Assembly (NCBI GenBank): GCA_963923035.1
Contig: CAWUKT010000003.1
Coordinates: 58,518-122,517, forward strand
Direction of reading: 5' to 3'
Source: an uncultured bacterium
GTDB taxonomy: Bacteria; Bacteroidota; Bacteroidia; J057; JADKCL01
DNA length: 64,000 nt
In this document: positions 9,097 to 18,425 of the stretch, piece after piece
Layout of the letters: each line of letters begins with the position of its first letter
How positions within the stretch are numbered: the stretch's first letter is position 1
Notes under the pieces: generated by a model
The model's database searches: none
What the model was told of the DNA's origin: nothing
What the model saw: only the letters and a program-made list of their open reading frames with translations
Translations under genes and position numbers: made by a program

Positions 9097-10623
9097 GTGC
9101 TCAAAGTTCTTCTCCGAGGCTTGCTACTGCTTACCGGATTCTCCTATTCCGCTTTGGAGGCCAGTCCCTATCCTGCCTGTCTGAATGTCACGGCAGTCGT
9201 TACCCCCGAAAGTTGTCCGAACAATGCTGACGGCGCCATCGACCTGTCCGTCAATGGCGGCCAACCGCCCTATACCTACCTGTGGTCCACCGGTGACGGC
9301 CTTCCTAACCTCAATGGATTGAGCCAGGGAACCTATACCGTGACCATCACGGATTCCCTGGGCTGCGAAGTCGTCGACTCCTTCTCTGTGGGCCTGCTCG
9401 GCCCCGCGCCCGTCGCCCAGGCGGGGGCAGACCAGGTGGTCTGCGCCTCTCCCGCCCAATTGGCTGCCAATGTCCTGACCAGTGGCAGCGGCCAGTGGCA
9501 GGTCGTCGCGGGCAGCGGCACCTTTGCCGATACGACCTCGGCCAGCACCCTCGTGGCCGGGCTCTCGCCCGGCGCCAACCTCTTGGCCTGGGTGGTCTCC
9601 CAGGGCAATTGTGCCGATGCCGATACCATCGAAGTGTACGCCAGCCACGCGGGATTCGTGGATGCGGGCCCGGACCTGGTGGTCTGCCAGGGCAGCACCA
9701 CCTTGGGTGGCTCCTCGCCCGGACCCGGATTCGGGAACTGGAGCGCCCCGGCGGGCGTCACCGTATCGGACTCCACCGATCCCAACAGCGGAATCGTCCT
9801 CCCGGCCCCCGGCAGTTACCAGCTCAGCTGGACGGTGCAGGAGAGCGGCTGTACCGGACAGGACCAGCTCACCCTGACCTGGCCCGTTCCCGTCGAATCC
9901 GATTTTTCCATTTCCACCAACCAACTCCAGGCCAACTTCACCGACCTCAGCCAGGGCGGCCATACCGTTACCTGGAGCTTCGGGGACGGTTCGTTTTCCT
10001 CCCAACCCAACCCGAGCCATACCTACGCCCAACCGGGCACCTATACCGTTTGCCAAACCATCGAGGACAGCTGCACCGTCGACAGCACCTGCCAGGTGAT
10101 CACCATTACCTGTCCGGCTCCCTCCCCGGCATTTACCTATACCGCCAGCGGACCCTTTGTCGACTTCACCGACCTGAGCAGCTCCAATGCGGGGATTTCC
10201 GCCTGGGAATGGGACTTCGACGACGGCACCACCTCGAATTTGCAGAATCCCACCCACCTGTTTCTTTCTCCCGGTCCCTTCAACGTCTGCCTCCGCGTCT
10301 TTGATGTCTGCGGCGACGGCGTGGATTGCCAGCTCATTTCATTTGCTGTGGTCGGGACCGATTTGGCCGCTGATGCCCAGATCCAATTGTATCCCCAGCC
10401 CGCCACCGACGGGGTGGCCCTGGAAGTGAACGGCTGGCAAGACGAAGACGTGGAAATCCGCGTTTACGACGGCTTGGGACGGGAAATGATGCGGGAAAAT
10501 GCAGCCGTGCAGAGTGGACAAACCCAGCTGAATTGGTCCGTGGCCGATTGGGCGCGGGGCATCTACCGGGTGGAAATCAGCGGTGCCTCCCACCGGGAAT
10601 GGCGGACGCTGGTACGGCAATAA
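9097..10623 (+). CDS. Secreted SprB-repeat / PKD-domain protein with type-A T9SS sorting domain
   Basis: SprB-repeat signature: CPNNADGAIDLSVNGGQPPYTYLWSTG...GTYTVTITDSLGCEV. Two PKD-like units are present (WSFGDGSFSSQPNPSHTYAQPGTYTV and WDFDDGTTSNLQNPTHLF). The C-terminal tail reads LYPQPATDG...VYDGLGREM...GIYRVEISG. It probably uses a GTG start. Confidence 0.8.
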   Translation: MLKVLLRGLLLLTGFSYSALEASPYPACLNVTAVVTPESCPNNADGAIDLSVNGGQPPYTYLWSTGDGLPNLNGLSQGTYTVTITDSLGCEVVDSFSVGLLGPAPVAQAGADQVVCASPAQLAANVLTSGSGQWQVVAGSGTFADTTSASTLVAGLSPGANLLAWVVSQGNCADADTIEVYASHAGFVDAGPDLVVCQGSTTLGGSSPGPGFGNWSAPAGVTVSDSTDPNSGIVLPAPGSYQLSWTVQESGCTGQDQLTLTWPVPVESDFSISTNQLQANFTDLSQGGHTVTWSFGDGSFSSQPNPSHTYAQPGTYTVCQTIEDSCTVDSTCQVITITCPAPSPAFTYTASGPFVDFTDLSSSNAGISAWEWDFDDGTTSNLQNPTHLFLSPGPFNVCLRVFDVCGDGVDCQLISFAVVGTDLAADAQIQLYPQPATDGVALEVNGWQDEDVEIRVYDGLGREMMRENAAVQSGQTQLNWSVADWARGIYRVEISGASHREWRTLVRQ

Positions 10624-10642
10624 GTGGGGAAAGAGAGTTGTT

Positions 10643-11167
10643 TCAGGCGTTTTGTTCTTCCGAATACCACTCTGAATACATCTGATAAGCGGCCGCACTT
10701 TTCTTCAAGCCTTCCAATTGGGCCGGACTGAGGGCCTTCAATTTCTTCGCCGGGACACCTCCGTAGAGGTAGCCGGATTCCAGCACCATTCCTTCCAATA
10801 CCACCGCACCCGCAGCGACCACCGTGTCCGGGCCCACCACGGCCTTGTCCAGAATCACCGCATTCATCCCGATCAGACAGCGGTCCTTGACTTCACAACC
10901 GTGGACCACCGCACCGTGTCCAACCGTTACATCATCCCCGACGACCGTAGGGCTGTATTCGTAGGTGCAATGGACCATGGCCAGGTCCTGGATATTCGTC
11001 CGTTGGCCGATCCGGATCGAGTGGACATCGCCCCGCAGGACCGCCTGGTACCAGATGCTGGAGCCCGCTCCGATTTCGACATCTCCGATGACCGTTGCAT
11101 TTTCGGCGAGGAATACATCCTCGGCAATCTTGGGGGTGATTCCCTTCAGGGTTTTGATCAGTGCCAT
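10643..11167 (-). CDS. Gamma-carbonic-anhydrase-like hexapeptide-repeat (LbH) protein
   Basis: The left-handed beta-helix repeats and motif VIGDVEIGAGSSIWYQAVLRGDVHSIRIGQRTNIQDLAMVH are typical of the YrdA/PaaY family. The start was placed at MALIKTLKG (ATG complement at 11165-11167), because the upstream 44 codons look non-coding. Confidence 0.85.
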   Translation of the reverse strand: MALIKTLKGITPKIAEDVFLAENATVIGDVEIGAGSSIWYQAVLRGDVHSIRIGQRTNIQDLAMVHCTYEYSPTVVGDDVTVGHGAVVHGCEVKDRCLIGMNAVILDKAVVGPDTVVAAGAVVLEGMVLESGYLYGGVPAKKLKALSPAQLEGLKKSAAAYQMYSEWYSEEQNA

Positions 11168-11323
11168 GCCGAAAGGTACCAATTCGGTCCCACAAGGCCA
11201 ATCTGCCCGCTCAATTGCGGAGTGAAAAAGACGAAAGGAGGGGCTCAGGGGGGCTTTCGGAACCGGGGAAACTCTCATGTTTGACAGGGGCCTTGACATT
11301 CGGATTTTGACAGGGGGTTTTTA

Positions 11324-11331
11324 TATATTTG
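11324..11331 (+). promoter_or_regulatory. Candidate -7 promoter box for the sugar dehydrogenase gene
   Basis: TATATTTG matches TAnnTTTG and lies 26 nt upstream of the ATG at 11357. It is preceded by two TTTGACAGGGG direct repeats (11280-11290 and 11306-11317). Confidence 0.35.
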
Positions 11332-11356
11332 CCACTCACATTTTGAATCGGAATTA

Positions 11357-12721
11357 ATGAAGACCTTTAGTGTTGATATGCCGATGGAGCTGGGAAGCCA
11401 GGCCCGCGGTTTGGAAAGTAAAATCAAGGATGGAAGTGCGGTGATTGGAGTAGTAGGATTGGGGTACGTCGGGCTTCCCATTGCACTGGAGTACGCGAAA
11501 AAAGGATTCTCAGTAATTGGGGTAGATGTGTCGGCAGAAAAAGTAGACCTGCTGAACCGGGGGGAAAATTACAACGAAGACCTGAGCGACAGCGAGATTG
11601 CCGAAGTGTCCGGAAATGGCACCCTGCGCGCCACCACTGATTTTTCCGCGCTCAAAGATACCCACGTCATCTTCATTGCGGTTCCGACTCCCTTCAACGA
11701 AAACAAAGACCCGGACCTCAGCTATATCCTCTCCTCCGGTGAAGCCGTCAGCCAGCACCTTCAGCCCGGCCAATTGGTCATTCTGAAGAGCACAACCTTT
11801 CCCGGAACGACGGAAGAATACCTCCTTCCGATCCTCGAGAAGAGCGGCCTGAAGACCGGAACCGATTATTTCCTGGCCTTCTCCCCCGAGCGCGTCGATC
11901 CAGGGAACAAGGTCTTCCACACCGGCAATACCCCCATCGTGGTCGGCGGTGTGGGCGAAGAAAGTACCTTCCTGGCTTCGCTCGCCAACCACGAGATCAT
12001 CGACAACGTCTACATGGTGACCAACTGCAAGATTGCCGAGTTGGAGAAGTTGCTGGAAAACATCTTCCGCAGTGTCAACATCGCCCTCGTAAATGAGCTG
12101 GCCCTGTTGTGTGAGCGGATGGACGGCATCGACATGTGGGAAGTCATCGAGGCGGCCTCTACGAAGCCCTTTGGCTTCATGAAGTTCACCCCCGGACCGG
12201 GCATCGGCGGGCACTGCATCCCGATCGACCCGTATTACCTGAGTTGGCTGGCGCGGGCCTACGATTTCGAGACCCGCTTCATCACCCTCTCGGCCAATAC
12301 GAATGAGTCCATGCCGTACCATGTGGCCACCAAGGTGATCCGGGCCATTGCCGAGCAACCGATTGCCCTCAAGGACAGCAAGGTCCTGATCCTCGGCGCG
12401 GCCTTCAAGCCGAATGTCAAGGATACCCGCCACAGCCCCAGCGAGCCCATCATCGAGCACCTCGTGGAAATGGGCGTGGGCCACATCGACATCACCGACC
12501 CTTGGGTCGATTCCTACCGGGCCGGCGGCGTAACCTACCCGTCCGTCCCGGTCAGCGATGAAATGCTGGCCAGCTACAACTGTGTCGTCGTCGTCACCAA
12601 CCACGACCTCTTTGACGCCCAGCAAATCGCCACCCACAGCCGCGCCGTGGTCGATACCCGGAACATGCTCAAGGGCATTGAGGACCGGGACCACATCGTG
12701 CTCCTCGGCAGCAGCCTCTGA
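11357..12721 (+). CDS. Nucleotide-sugar dehydrogenase (UDP-glucose/GDP-mannose dehydrogenase family; UDP-N-acetyl-hexosamine dehydrogenase-like)
   Basis: Rossmann motif IGVVGLGYVGLPIALEYAK. The catalytic-Cys region reads FTPGPGIGGHCIPIDP, and the C-terminal domain reads LGAAFKPNVKDTRHSP. Confidence 0.85.
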   Translation: MKTFSVDMPMELGSQARGLESKIKDGSAVIGVVGLGYVGLPIALEYAKKGFSVIGVDVSAEKVDLLNRGENYNEDLSDSEIAEVSGNGTLRATTDFSALKDTHVIFIAVPTPFNENKDPDLSYILSSGEAVSQHLQPGQLVILKSTTFPGTTEEYLLPILEKSGLKTGTDYFLAFSPERVDPGNKVFHTGNTPIVVGGVGEESTFLASLANHEIIDNVYMVTNCKIAELEKLLENIFRSVNIALVNELALLCERMDGIDMWEVIEAASTKPFGFMKFTPGPGIGGHCIPIDPYYLSWLARAYDFETRFITLSANTNESMPYHVATKVIRAIAEQPIALKDSKVLILGAAFKPNVKDTRHSPSEPIIEHLVEMGVGHIDITDPWVDSYRAGGVTYPSVPVSDEMLASYNCVVVVTNHDLFDAQQIATHSRAVVDTRNMLKGIEDRDHIVLLGSSL

Positions 12722-12730
12722 ACATCTCCG

Positions 12731-12780
12731 ATTTTGGCCGGCCAGGAACCCTTTTCGTAACCCTGCCGGCCAAAATTTTA
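12731..12780 (+). terminator. Possible terminator hairpin after the dehydrogenase gene
   Basis: ATTTTGGCCGGC...(22-nt loop)...GCCGGCCAAAAT is followed by TTTA. The long loop weakens the call. Confidence 0.35.
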
Positions 12781-12870
12781 CCCCTTCGTCACCTTAGTTT
12801 CATCCAACGACAACCCTCCGCAGAAAGGGGAACGGTAACTTTGTGAGAACCTAACTCACCTGTTGCCGAG

Positions 12871-14754
12871 ATGGCCAAATACACTTGGTTTCTCCTTGCC
12901 ATCCTGCTCTGCCTGGGCCACCTGTACCGGTCGGTCACCCTCTCCCTCACCCTTCCGATTGAAGCCGCCACCACCCGGATTGATCTGGCTGCCGACCGCG
13001 CACCATTTTACCACGGTGTCGCTTCGGGAGATCCCCTCTCCGACCGGGTCATCCTCTGGACCCGGGTGACCCCCGACAGCGCCGGCCCGGTTCCCGTCCA
13101 ATGGGAAATGGCCCTGGACCCTGGCTTCACAACCACCCTTCGCCGGGGACATTTTCGGACAGATGAGTCCCGTGACTATACCGTCAAGGTCGATGTAACA
13201 AACCTCCAACCCGATCAATGGTACTACTTCCGCTTCCGGGCCTTGGGCCGCTACTCTATGGTCGGCCGGACCCGGACGACTCCCACCGATGCGGTGGACC
13301 AGTTACGCTTTGGCGTGGTCTCCTGCTCCAATTTCCAGTCCGGCTACTTCAACGCCTACCGCCAATTGGCGAACCGCAACGACCTCGACGCCATCGTCCA
13401 CCTGGGCGATTATATCTACGAGTACGAACTGGGCGGCTACGGTTACCAGGCCGGTATTCACCGGGAACATACGCCGACCACCGACCTCATTACCCTCGAC
13501 AATTACCGCCTCCGCTATTCGCAATACCACCTGGACCCCGATTTGATCCGGGCCCACCAACAGTATCCGTGGATCATCATCTGGGACGATCACGAGACCG
13601 CTGACGACGCCTGGATGGGAGGAGCGGCCAACCATACTGCTGGGGACGGAAACTGGGAGAACCGCAAGCAAGCAGCTACCCGGGCCTTTCTGGAATGGTT
13701 ACCGGTACGCTTGCCGGAACCCAACCGGCCGGAGCGGATTTACCGGATCATGGATTGGGGTCCACTGGCCGAATGGGTCATGCTGGACACCCGCCTGGAG
13801 GGACGCGATGCCCAATTGGGAGCGACTGATCCGGCGCTGGCGGATACCTGCCGGCGATTGATGAGTGAAGAGCAATGGAAATGGATCGAGGGGGAATTGG
13901 CGGATAGCCTGGCACCAGCCTGGAGCCTCATCGGTCAGCAGGTCATGCTGGCCCCGCTGGAAATTGCCGGACTGCCCCTCAATACCGACCAGTGGGATGG
14001 CTACCCCGCTGAGCGGGAACGCATGTACCGCACCATGGCCGCCCATCCGGAACGCAATTTCGTGGTGCTGACCGGGGATTTCCATTCTTCCTGGGCCAAC
14101 GACCTGCCCCATGATCCCGCCCAAACTGGCTATGCTTCTTACGGCGTTGAGTTTGTGACCCCAAGTGTGACCTCACCGGGGGGAAACTACTGGTTTGGGG
14201 AAGCCGTGGCCCAATTTGAAAATCCGCATTGCCGCTATGTGGACCTGACCCAGCACGGCTATGTCGTGCTGGACGTGCAGCCCCACCGTGTCCAGGCCGA
14301 TTATTTCTTTACCGACGATATCCTCTCCCGCAATGACTTCGTAACCTGGGGGACCTCCTGGCAAGTCTGTCCGGGAGACCGCCATTTGCTCCCCGCGGTG
14401 GGCCCCAACCCACCGCGGAAGCAACTTCCAGCTCCGGCCCCGGAGATGGCCCCTCAATTGCCGAATGGGCAAGAGGCCGAAGGCGCCCCTCCATTCATCG
14501 TTTTGGGGGCCTACAGCAGTCCCATCCAGGACCGCATTGTCTTCGAGTATTTTTTGCATTCCCCCATCGAAATCACCCTCGAACTGCTGGATCCGGGGGG
14601 TGAATGTCAGATTCGCCACAATTGGCTGAATCTATCGGCAGGATTGCAGTACGGGGCCCTGGACATTGCTGATTTTGATCCGGGTACATATACCGTTCAG
14701 GTGGAGGCCGGGGGCAAAAAATTCCGACAGGAAGTGAAGAAGGTAGATGTATAG
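12871..14754 (+). CDS. phoD: PhoD-family alkaline phosphatase/phosphodiesterase with T9SS-like C-terminal domain
   Basis: PhoD N-domain signature FYHGVASGDPLSDRVILWTRV. Metallophosphatase motifs are present (VVSCSN, HLGDYIYE, WDDHE, LTGDFHSSWA). The C-terminal roughly 90 aa resemble a sorting domain (IVFEYFLHSP...GTYTVQVEAGGKKFRQEVKKV). Confidence 0.85.
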   Translation: MAKYTWFLLAILLCLGHLYRSVTLSLTLPIEAATTRIDLAADRAPFYHGVASGDPLSDRVILWTRVTPDSAGPVPVQWEMALDPGFTTTLRRGHFRTDESRDYTVKVDVTNLQPDQWYYFRFRALGRYSMVGRTRTTPTDAVDQLRFGVVSCSNFQSGYFNAYRQLANRNDLDAIVHLGDYIYEYELGGYGYQAGIHREHTPTTDLITLDNYRLRYSQYHLDPDLIRAHQQYPWIIIWDDHETADDAWMGGAANHTAGDGNWENRKQAATRAFLEWLPVRLPEPNRPERIYRIMDWGPLAEWVMLDTRLEGRDAQLGATDPALADTCRRLMSEEQWKWIEGELADSLAPAWSLIGQQVMLAPLEIAGLPLNTDQWDGYPAERERMYRTMAAHPERNFVVLTGDFHSSWANDLPHDPAQTGYASYGVEFVTPSVTSPGGNYWFGEAVAQFENPHCRYVDLTQHGYVVLDVQPHRVQADYFFTDDILSRNDFVTWGTSWQVCPGDRHLLPAVGPNPPRKQLPAPAPEMAPQLPNGQEAEGAPPFIVLGAYSSPIQDRIVFEYFLHSPIEITLELLDPGGECQIRHNWLNLSAGLQYGALDIADFDPGTYTVQVEAGGKKFRQEVKKVDV

Positions 14755-14806
14755 GGTGGAATCCTAAAATGCCTCTTTCCCAGCCAGAAAATCCCTAAAT
14801 TCCCCT

Positions 14807-15820
14807 ATGCGATACCTTCTGATGACCGTCCTGCTGGGATGGAGTTCCCTCCTGTTTGCCCAGTACCCTTCCATGAAAAACGTCCACTTTGGCCAGGTGG
14901 ACATGGAGGACCTGGTGGTGGACTACGCCCTCTTCGGGGATACCACCCAGCAATTGCCCCTGATGCTGTACTGCACGGGATCATTGCCCTATCCCCTCTT
15001 CATCAGCCAAGGTGCCGATACCTATTCCACCCTGCCCTTCAGTTTCCCCAACTATGCCCAGCGCTGCCATATCCTCGTGGTCTCCAAGCCGGGCATCCCC
15101 CTCGTGGCCGAAGCCAGCCAACTGAACGAGCAACAGTTGTTCATCGATCCCTCCACGGGCAAGCCTCCACGCGCCTATCTGGACCGCAACCACCTGGAAT
15201 ACATGACCGAACTGAACCTGATCGCCATCGAAACCGTCGCCCAGAGTCCCTGGGTCGCGGAAGAACCAATGTTGGTTTCCGGGCACTCGGCCGGGGCCCG
15301 TGTCGCCACCATGGTCATGCGCAATACCTCCATTGCCACCCATCTCGGCTATATGAGTTGCGAGCCGACGGGACGGTTCTACGAAATGCTACGGCTCAGC
15401 GCCCAGTCAAAAGAGCGCCCAGACCGGGCCGTCATGGATCAATTGGCCTATTGGAAGGAGATCATTCAGGACCCGGAAGGCGGCCAGGACCTGCCCGATC
15501 CCCATTTCACGACCTTCACCAATTCCCTGAACATGATCGGGGAGCTATTCGAATTGGAGCGTCCGATCTGGGCAGCCTACGGCACCGCCGATGTCAAGAC
15601 GGAGGGCATGCTGGCCATCCCTTACGAATTCATCCGGGCCGGCAAGGAAAACCTCACTTTTGTGCCCTACGCCCACGGCGACCACAGCTTCTTTGAGGTG
15701 GGGGAAAATGGCCAACCCAATTACAATGCCTACCACTTCGAACACGTCTTTCAGGACATGTTGGCTTGGTGGTTAGAGGGAAAAACAGAGTTTGAGACGG
15801 ACCTTTCGCAACGGAAATAG
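14807..15820 (+). CDS. Secreted alpha/beta-hydrolase-fold protein
   Basis: Signal peptide MRYLLMTVLLGWSSLLFAQ. It has a nucleophile-elbow-like VSGHSAGARV and a late HGDHSF that could supply the catalytic His. Confidence 0.6.
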   Translation: MRYLLMTVLLGWSSLLFAQYPSMKNVHFGQVDMEDLVVDYALFGDTTQQLPLMLYCTGSLPYPLFISQGADTYSTLPFSFPNYAQRCHILVVSKPGIPLVAEASQLNEQQLFIDPSTGKPPRAYLDRNHLEYMTELNLIAIETVAQSPWVAEEPMLVSGHSAGARVATMVMRNTSIATHLGYMSCEPTGRFYEMLRLSAQSKERPDRAVMDQLAYWKEIIQDPEGGQDLPDPHFTTFTNSLNMIGELFELERPIWAAYGTADVKTEGMLAIPYEFIRAGKENLTFVPYAHGDHSFFEVGENGQPNYNAYHFEHVFQDMLAWWLEGKTEFETDLSQRK

Positions 15821-16446
15821 TCCTTGTCCCGGAATGGTCTCCATCCTGCTCTTTCCAGCCCCAAATCCGGCCGCGCGGAATATTCTGCGAAATAGCTCCC
15901 AGACAGAAGGATTGGGCTGGATAAAAAACAATCTCCAAATATTCCTAGGAGGTCCTGGCTCGTAGGTAAGGCGACACATGGTAGTTGCTTGTTTTTGAGC
16001 GCCTTACATATCCGATTTCAATTCTCTCTAGCTTAATTCTAAGTGTGGAAAAGCACAATTCCCGAAAAACTGGCATGGCTTTACATTTTTGGGAACTGTT
16101 TGCTGGATTGGACAGGCTGCATTCTACTCCAGACAAACTCGCTTGACGGATCTCCCCCCAAGGGCCCCCACCATTTCCTAAGCATTTGGCCCTTCTTCTA
16201 TCTATCCCCCCACCATCTCATCCATCTTATTTGTCAGAGCTAGTTCAGGAGTTATTCTTCTGGCCCCAAGCAATCCAATTACCAGTCTGAGTTGAGTGGG
16301 GATAAAGCCAAAAGTTCTCCTTCAATATATGTGTGGAGTTTGAGGATGATGACGACTTCCGAATAGAGTTCTTTTTTCAGTCAACAGAGAAGGCGTTTCA
16401 AAAGGGAATGATTCAGAAGAAGGACCGATCTAAATGCTCGTCTCTC

Positions 16447-16863
16447 TCAATGGATCACATCAGCAATTTTCCACTCCCCGTCCACCTCTTCTACCTTAAC
16501 CTGCACACAATGCTTACCCTGCCCAGCCCCCAAGTCCATGCACACTTGAAACACCTCGGAATCACCATCACTGGGCGTCACCTGAAGCGTTGAGGCTATC
16601 TTCTTGTCCACATCCTGCAAGTCCAGAATGGGATCGGCGTCTGGTTCGGAGTTTTGCAACCGCTCCCGAAAGTCCTCGGTGCAATGGGCCGCGATCAAGG
16701 CGTCCAGCTGGGCCATGTCTGGAGGAAACTGGCTGGCGGCTTTGATGTACTGGACATAGAACTCCCGAACGGCCTCTTGGGCGGAGGAGTTGGTAGACGA
16801 AGAGCAGGATACCGTCAGAGAGAGGCTGGTTAAAATGATCAATGAGAAAATTGAGTTTTTCAT
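16447..16863 (-). CDS. Small lipoprotein (candidate immunity/partner protein of the upstream amidase-like gene)
   Basis: The start was placed at MKNSIFSLIILTSLSLTVSCSSS (lipobox-like), 5 nt downstream of the stop of the 16869..17693 gene. Mature part is about 115 aa, with no recognised catalytic motif. Confidence 0.6.
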   Translation of the reverse strand: MKNSIFSLIILTSLSLTVSCSSSTNSSAQEAVREFYVQYIKAASQFPPDMAQLDALIAAHCTEDFRERLQNSEPDADPILDLQDVDKKIASTLQVTPSDGDSEVFQVCMDLGAGQGKHCVQVKVEEVDGEWKIADVIH

Positions 16864-16868
16864 AGTGG

Positions 16869-17693
16869 TCAAGGCATTCGGTAAATGACAAAAGAGGGCT
16901 GGGTGCTGCGGTAGGCGCTTCCGGGCCAGAAATCGCGCTGGTGGAAATCGGAAACCCACTGGCTGCCGTTGAACATCTGGATATGTCCGTGACGGTGGCC
17001 GGGAAAATTCGAGATTACGGCAATGTCGCCTTCCTGGTAGCTTCCAGGGGCTACCTGCACAAAGCCGAATTGCTCCAGATAGCCTTTGTAAAGATAGGCA
17101 GAAACGGGGTTGCCTGGGGTCTTGATTCCCCCCGCGTTAATGGCCTTGCGGACGTATCGGGCGCAGTAGCCAGTGGATTTTGCATGGGCATTTCCGTTGA
17201 GGGCGGCCACGGCTTTGGGAATGCTCCAGGTGCTATTGCTGGCGGGAGCTTTCAGATGGCTTTTTTCAGTGAGTTTCTTTTCAGCCTCCTTTTTTCCAAT
17301 CCCTTTCTTTGTGAACCACCCCGCAACAATTTCCTTTCCCTGCAATTCCCGAATGGCACCAAGTGTTTTGCCTCCCGGATCAATCCGCCCGTCAGGCCGG
17401 GAAAATCCCAGGACTTCCCTCTGGTAGCGTTCAATCAGAGGACCGTTGACCAAAGGGTTGACGATCTGGATAACCAAGGCGGCGGGGGCTCCATGCTGGT
17501 GCAGAAATTTGCCCAATACCTGTAAGTCTTCGGGGCGGATGTCTCCACCCCGGCCCACGGTGCTTTTGATCAGTCCGCTCCCGGCGGTCAGGTCGGTTGA
17601 GGGCGGGGCCATTGATCGCCCTGGCTGCTGGTGACGCATACTCCGATCAAGGCCGGAATTTGAATTTTCTCGTGTTTGAACTAGGCTTTTCAT
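16869..17693 (-). CDS. Peptidoglycan-binding-like domain + papain-fold (NlpC/P60/CHAP/Tae-like) cell-wall amidase candidate
   Basis: The central segment DGRIDPGGKTLGAIRELQ resembles the PG_binding_1 core. The C-terminal domain has a Cys motif (STGYCARYVRKAINAGGI) followed about 55 aa later by a His motif (GDIAVISNFPGHRHGHIQMF), which is the order seen in NlpC/P60-type amidases such as Tse1. No signal peptide is present. Confidence 0.6.
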   Translation of the reverse strand: MKSLVQTRENSNSGLDRSMRHQQPGRSMAPPSTDLTAGSGLIKSTVGRGGDIRPEDLQVLGKFLHQHGAPAALVIQIVNPLVNGPLIERYQREVLGFSRPDGRIDPGGKTLGAIRELQGKEIVAGWFTKKGIGKKEAEKKLTEKSHLKAPASNSTWSIPKAVAALNGNAHAKSTGYCARYVRKAINAGGIKTPGNPVSAYLYKGYLEQFGFVQVAPGSYQEGDIAVISNFPGHRHGHIQMFNGSQWVSDFHQRDFWPGSAYRSTQPSFVIYRMP

Positions 17694-18425
17694 GGGTAAT
17701 AATGTTTTGAATGAAAATCTTTCTGGGCTGTGGTTCGGTCAGTCGTTCAAAGAGTTTGATTTCCTGCTGCGTGGGGAGTCTCTTTCCACGTTTCATACAG
17801 GCATAGCCTTTCCATCCCGGTCCGTTGGACCGCAGCATATCCTTTCATTGCTCTGCTTTTTGGGTTGGCGACTCTTTAGGAGTCGCTTAATCAACACTGG
17901 TTTGCCGCTGGTTGGGAATGGAGGATTCCAGAGGTACACCCCGGATGCAGGATCGTCGGAAATACCGGATGTCTACGAAGGCGTTTTTCTCTTCGAATTG
18001 GTCAGGGGGCAAAAACGAAGAAAGGGCCGGAAATCGACAACAGAAGGGAATTGTGTTGACCAATAGTAGGCAATCTCAACTGAACGCCCAAATCGGACGG
18101 TTGAACCGGGTCACTCCCAAAATCAGTCAACACCAAGAACCTAAAAGCTATCCGTACATGATCCTCAAGAAAGACGAACCGAACGCTAGAATCCTGACAT
18201 TCAAACTTTTTTTTCGGTGTCATCGAATGCAAAGGGCGGTGATTGCGGAGTGGTGCAAACGGTCCAAAGTGCTATATTACCAGCGGTTTAATTTTTAGTC
18301 AGTACTGCGAAAACACCGATTTACAGGGCCTTCCCAATGGGAAAGCGTTTGCTATTGGCCTTGTTCAGTTCGGTGGAGACGCGGCGCTCAACAGTTACGG
18401 CCTCCGGGCCACAACACGTACAGAG

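Noticed and set aside
17647-17838. A 63-aa ORF overlapping the start of the amidase-like gene, with weak resemblance to a sigma-70 region-4/HTH fragment.
   Set aside because: It is too short and its similarity is too weak. It overlaps the downstream gene by 47 nt and has no ribosome-binding context. It is more likely part of a decayed upstream gene.
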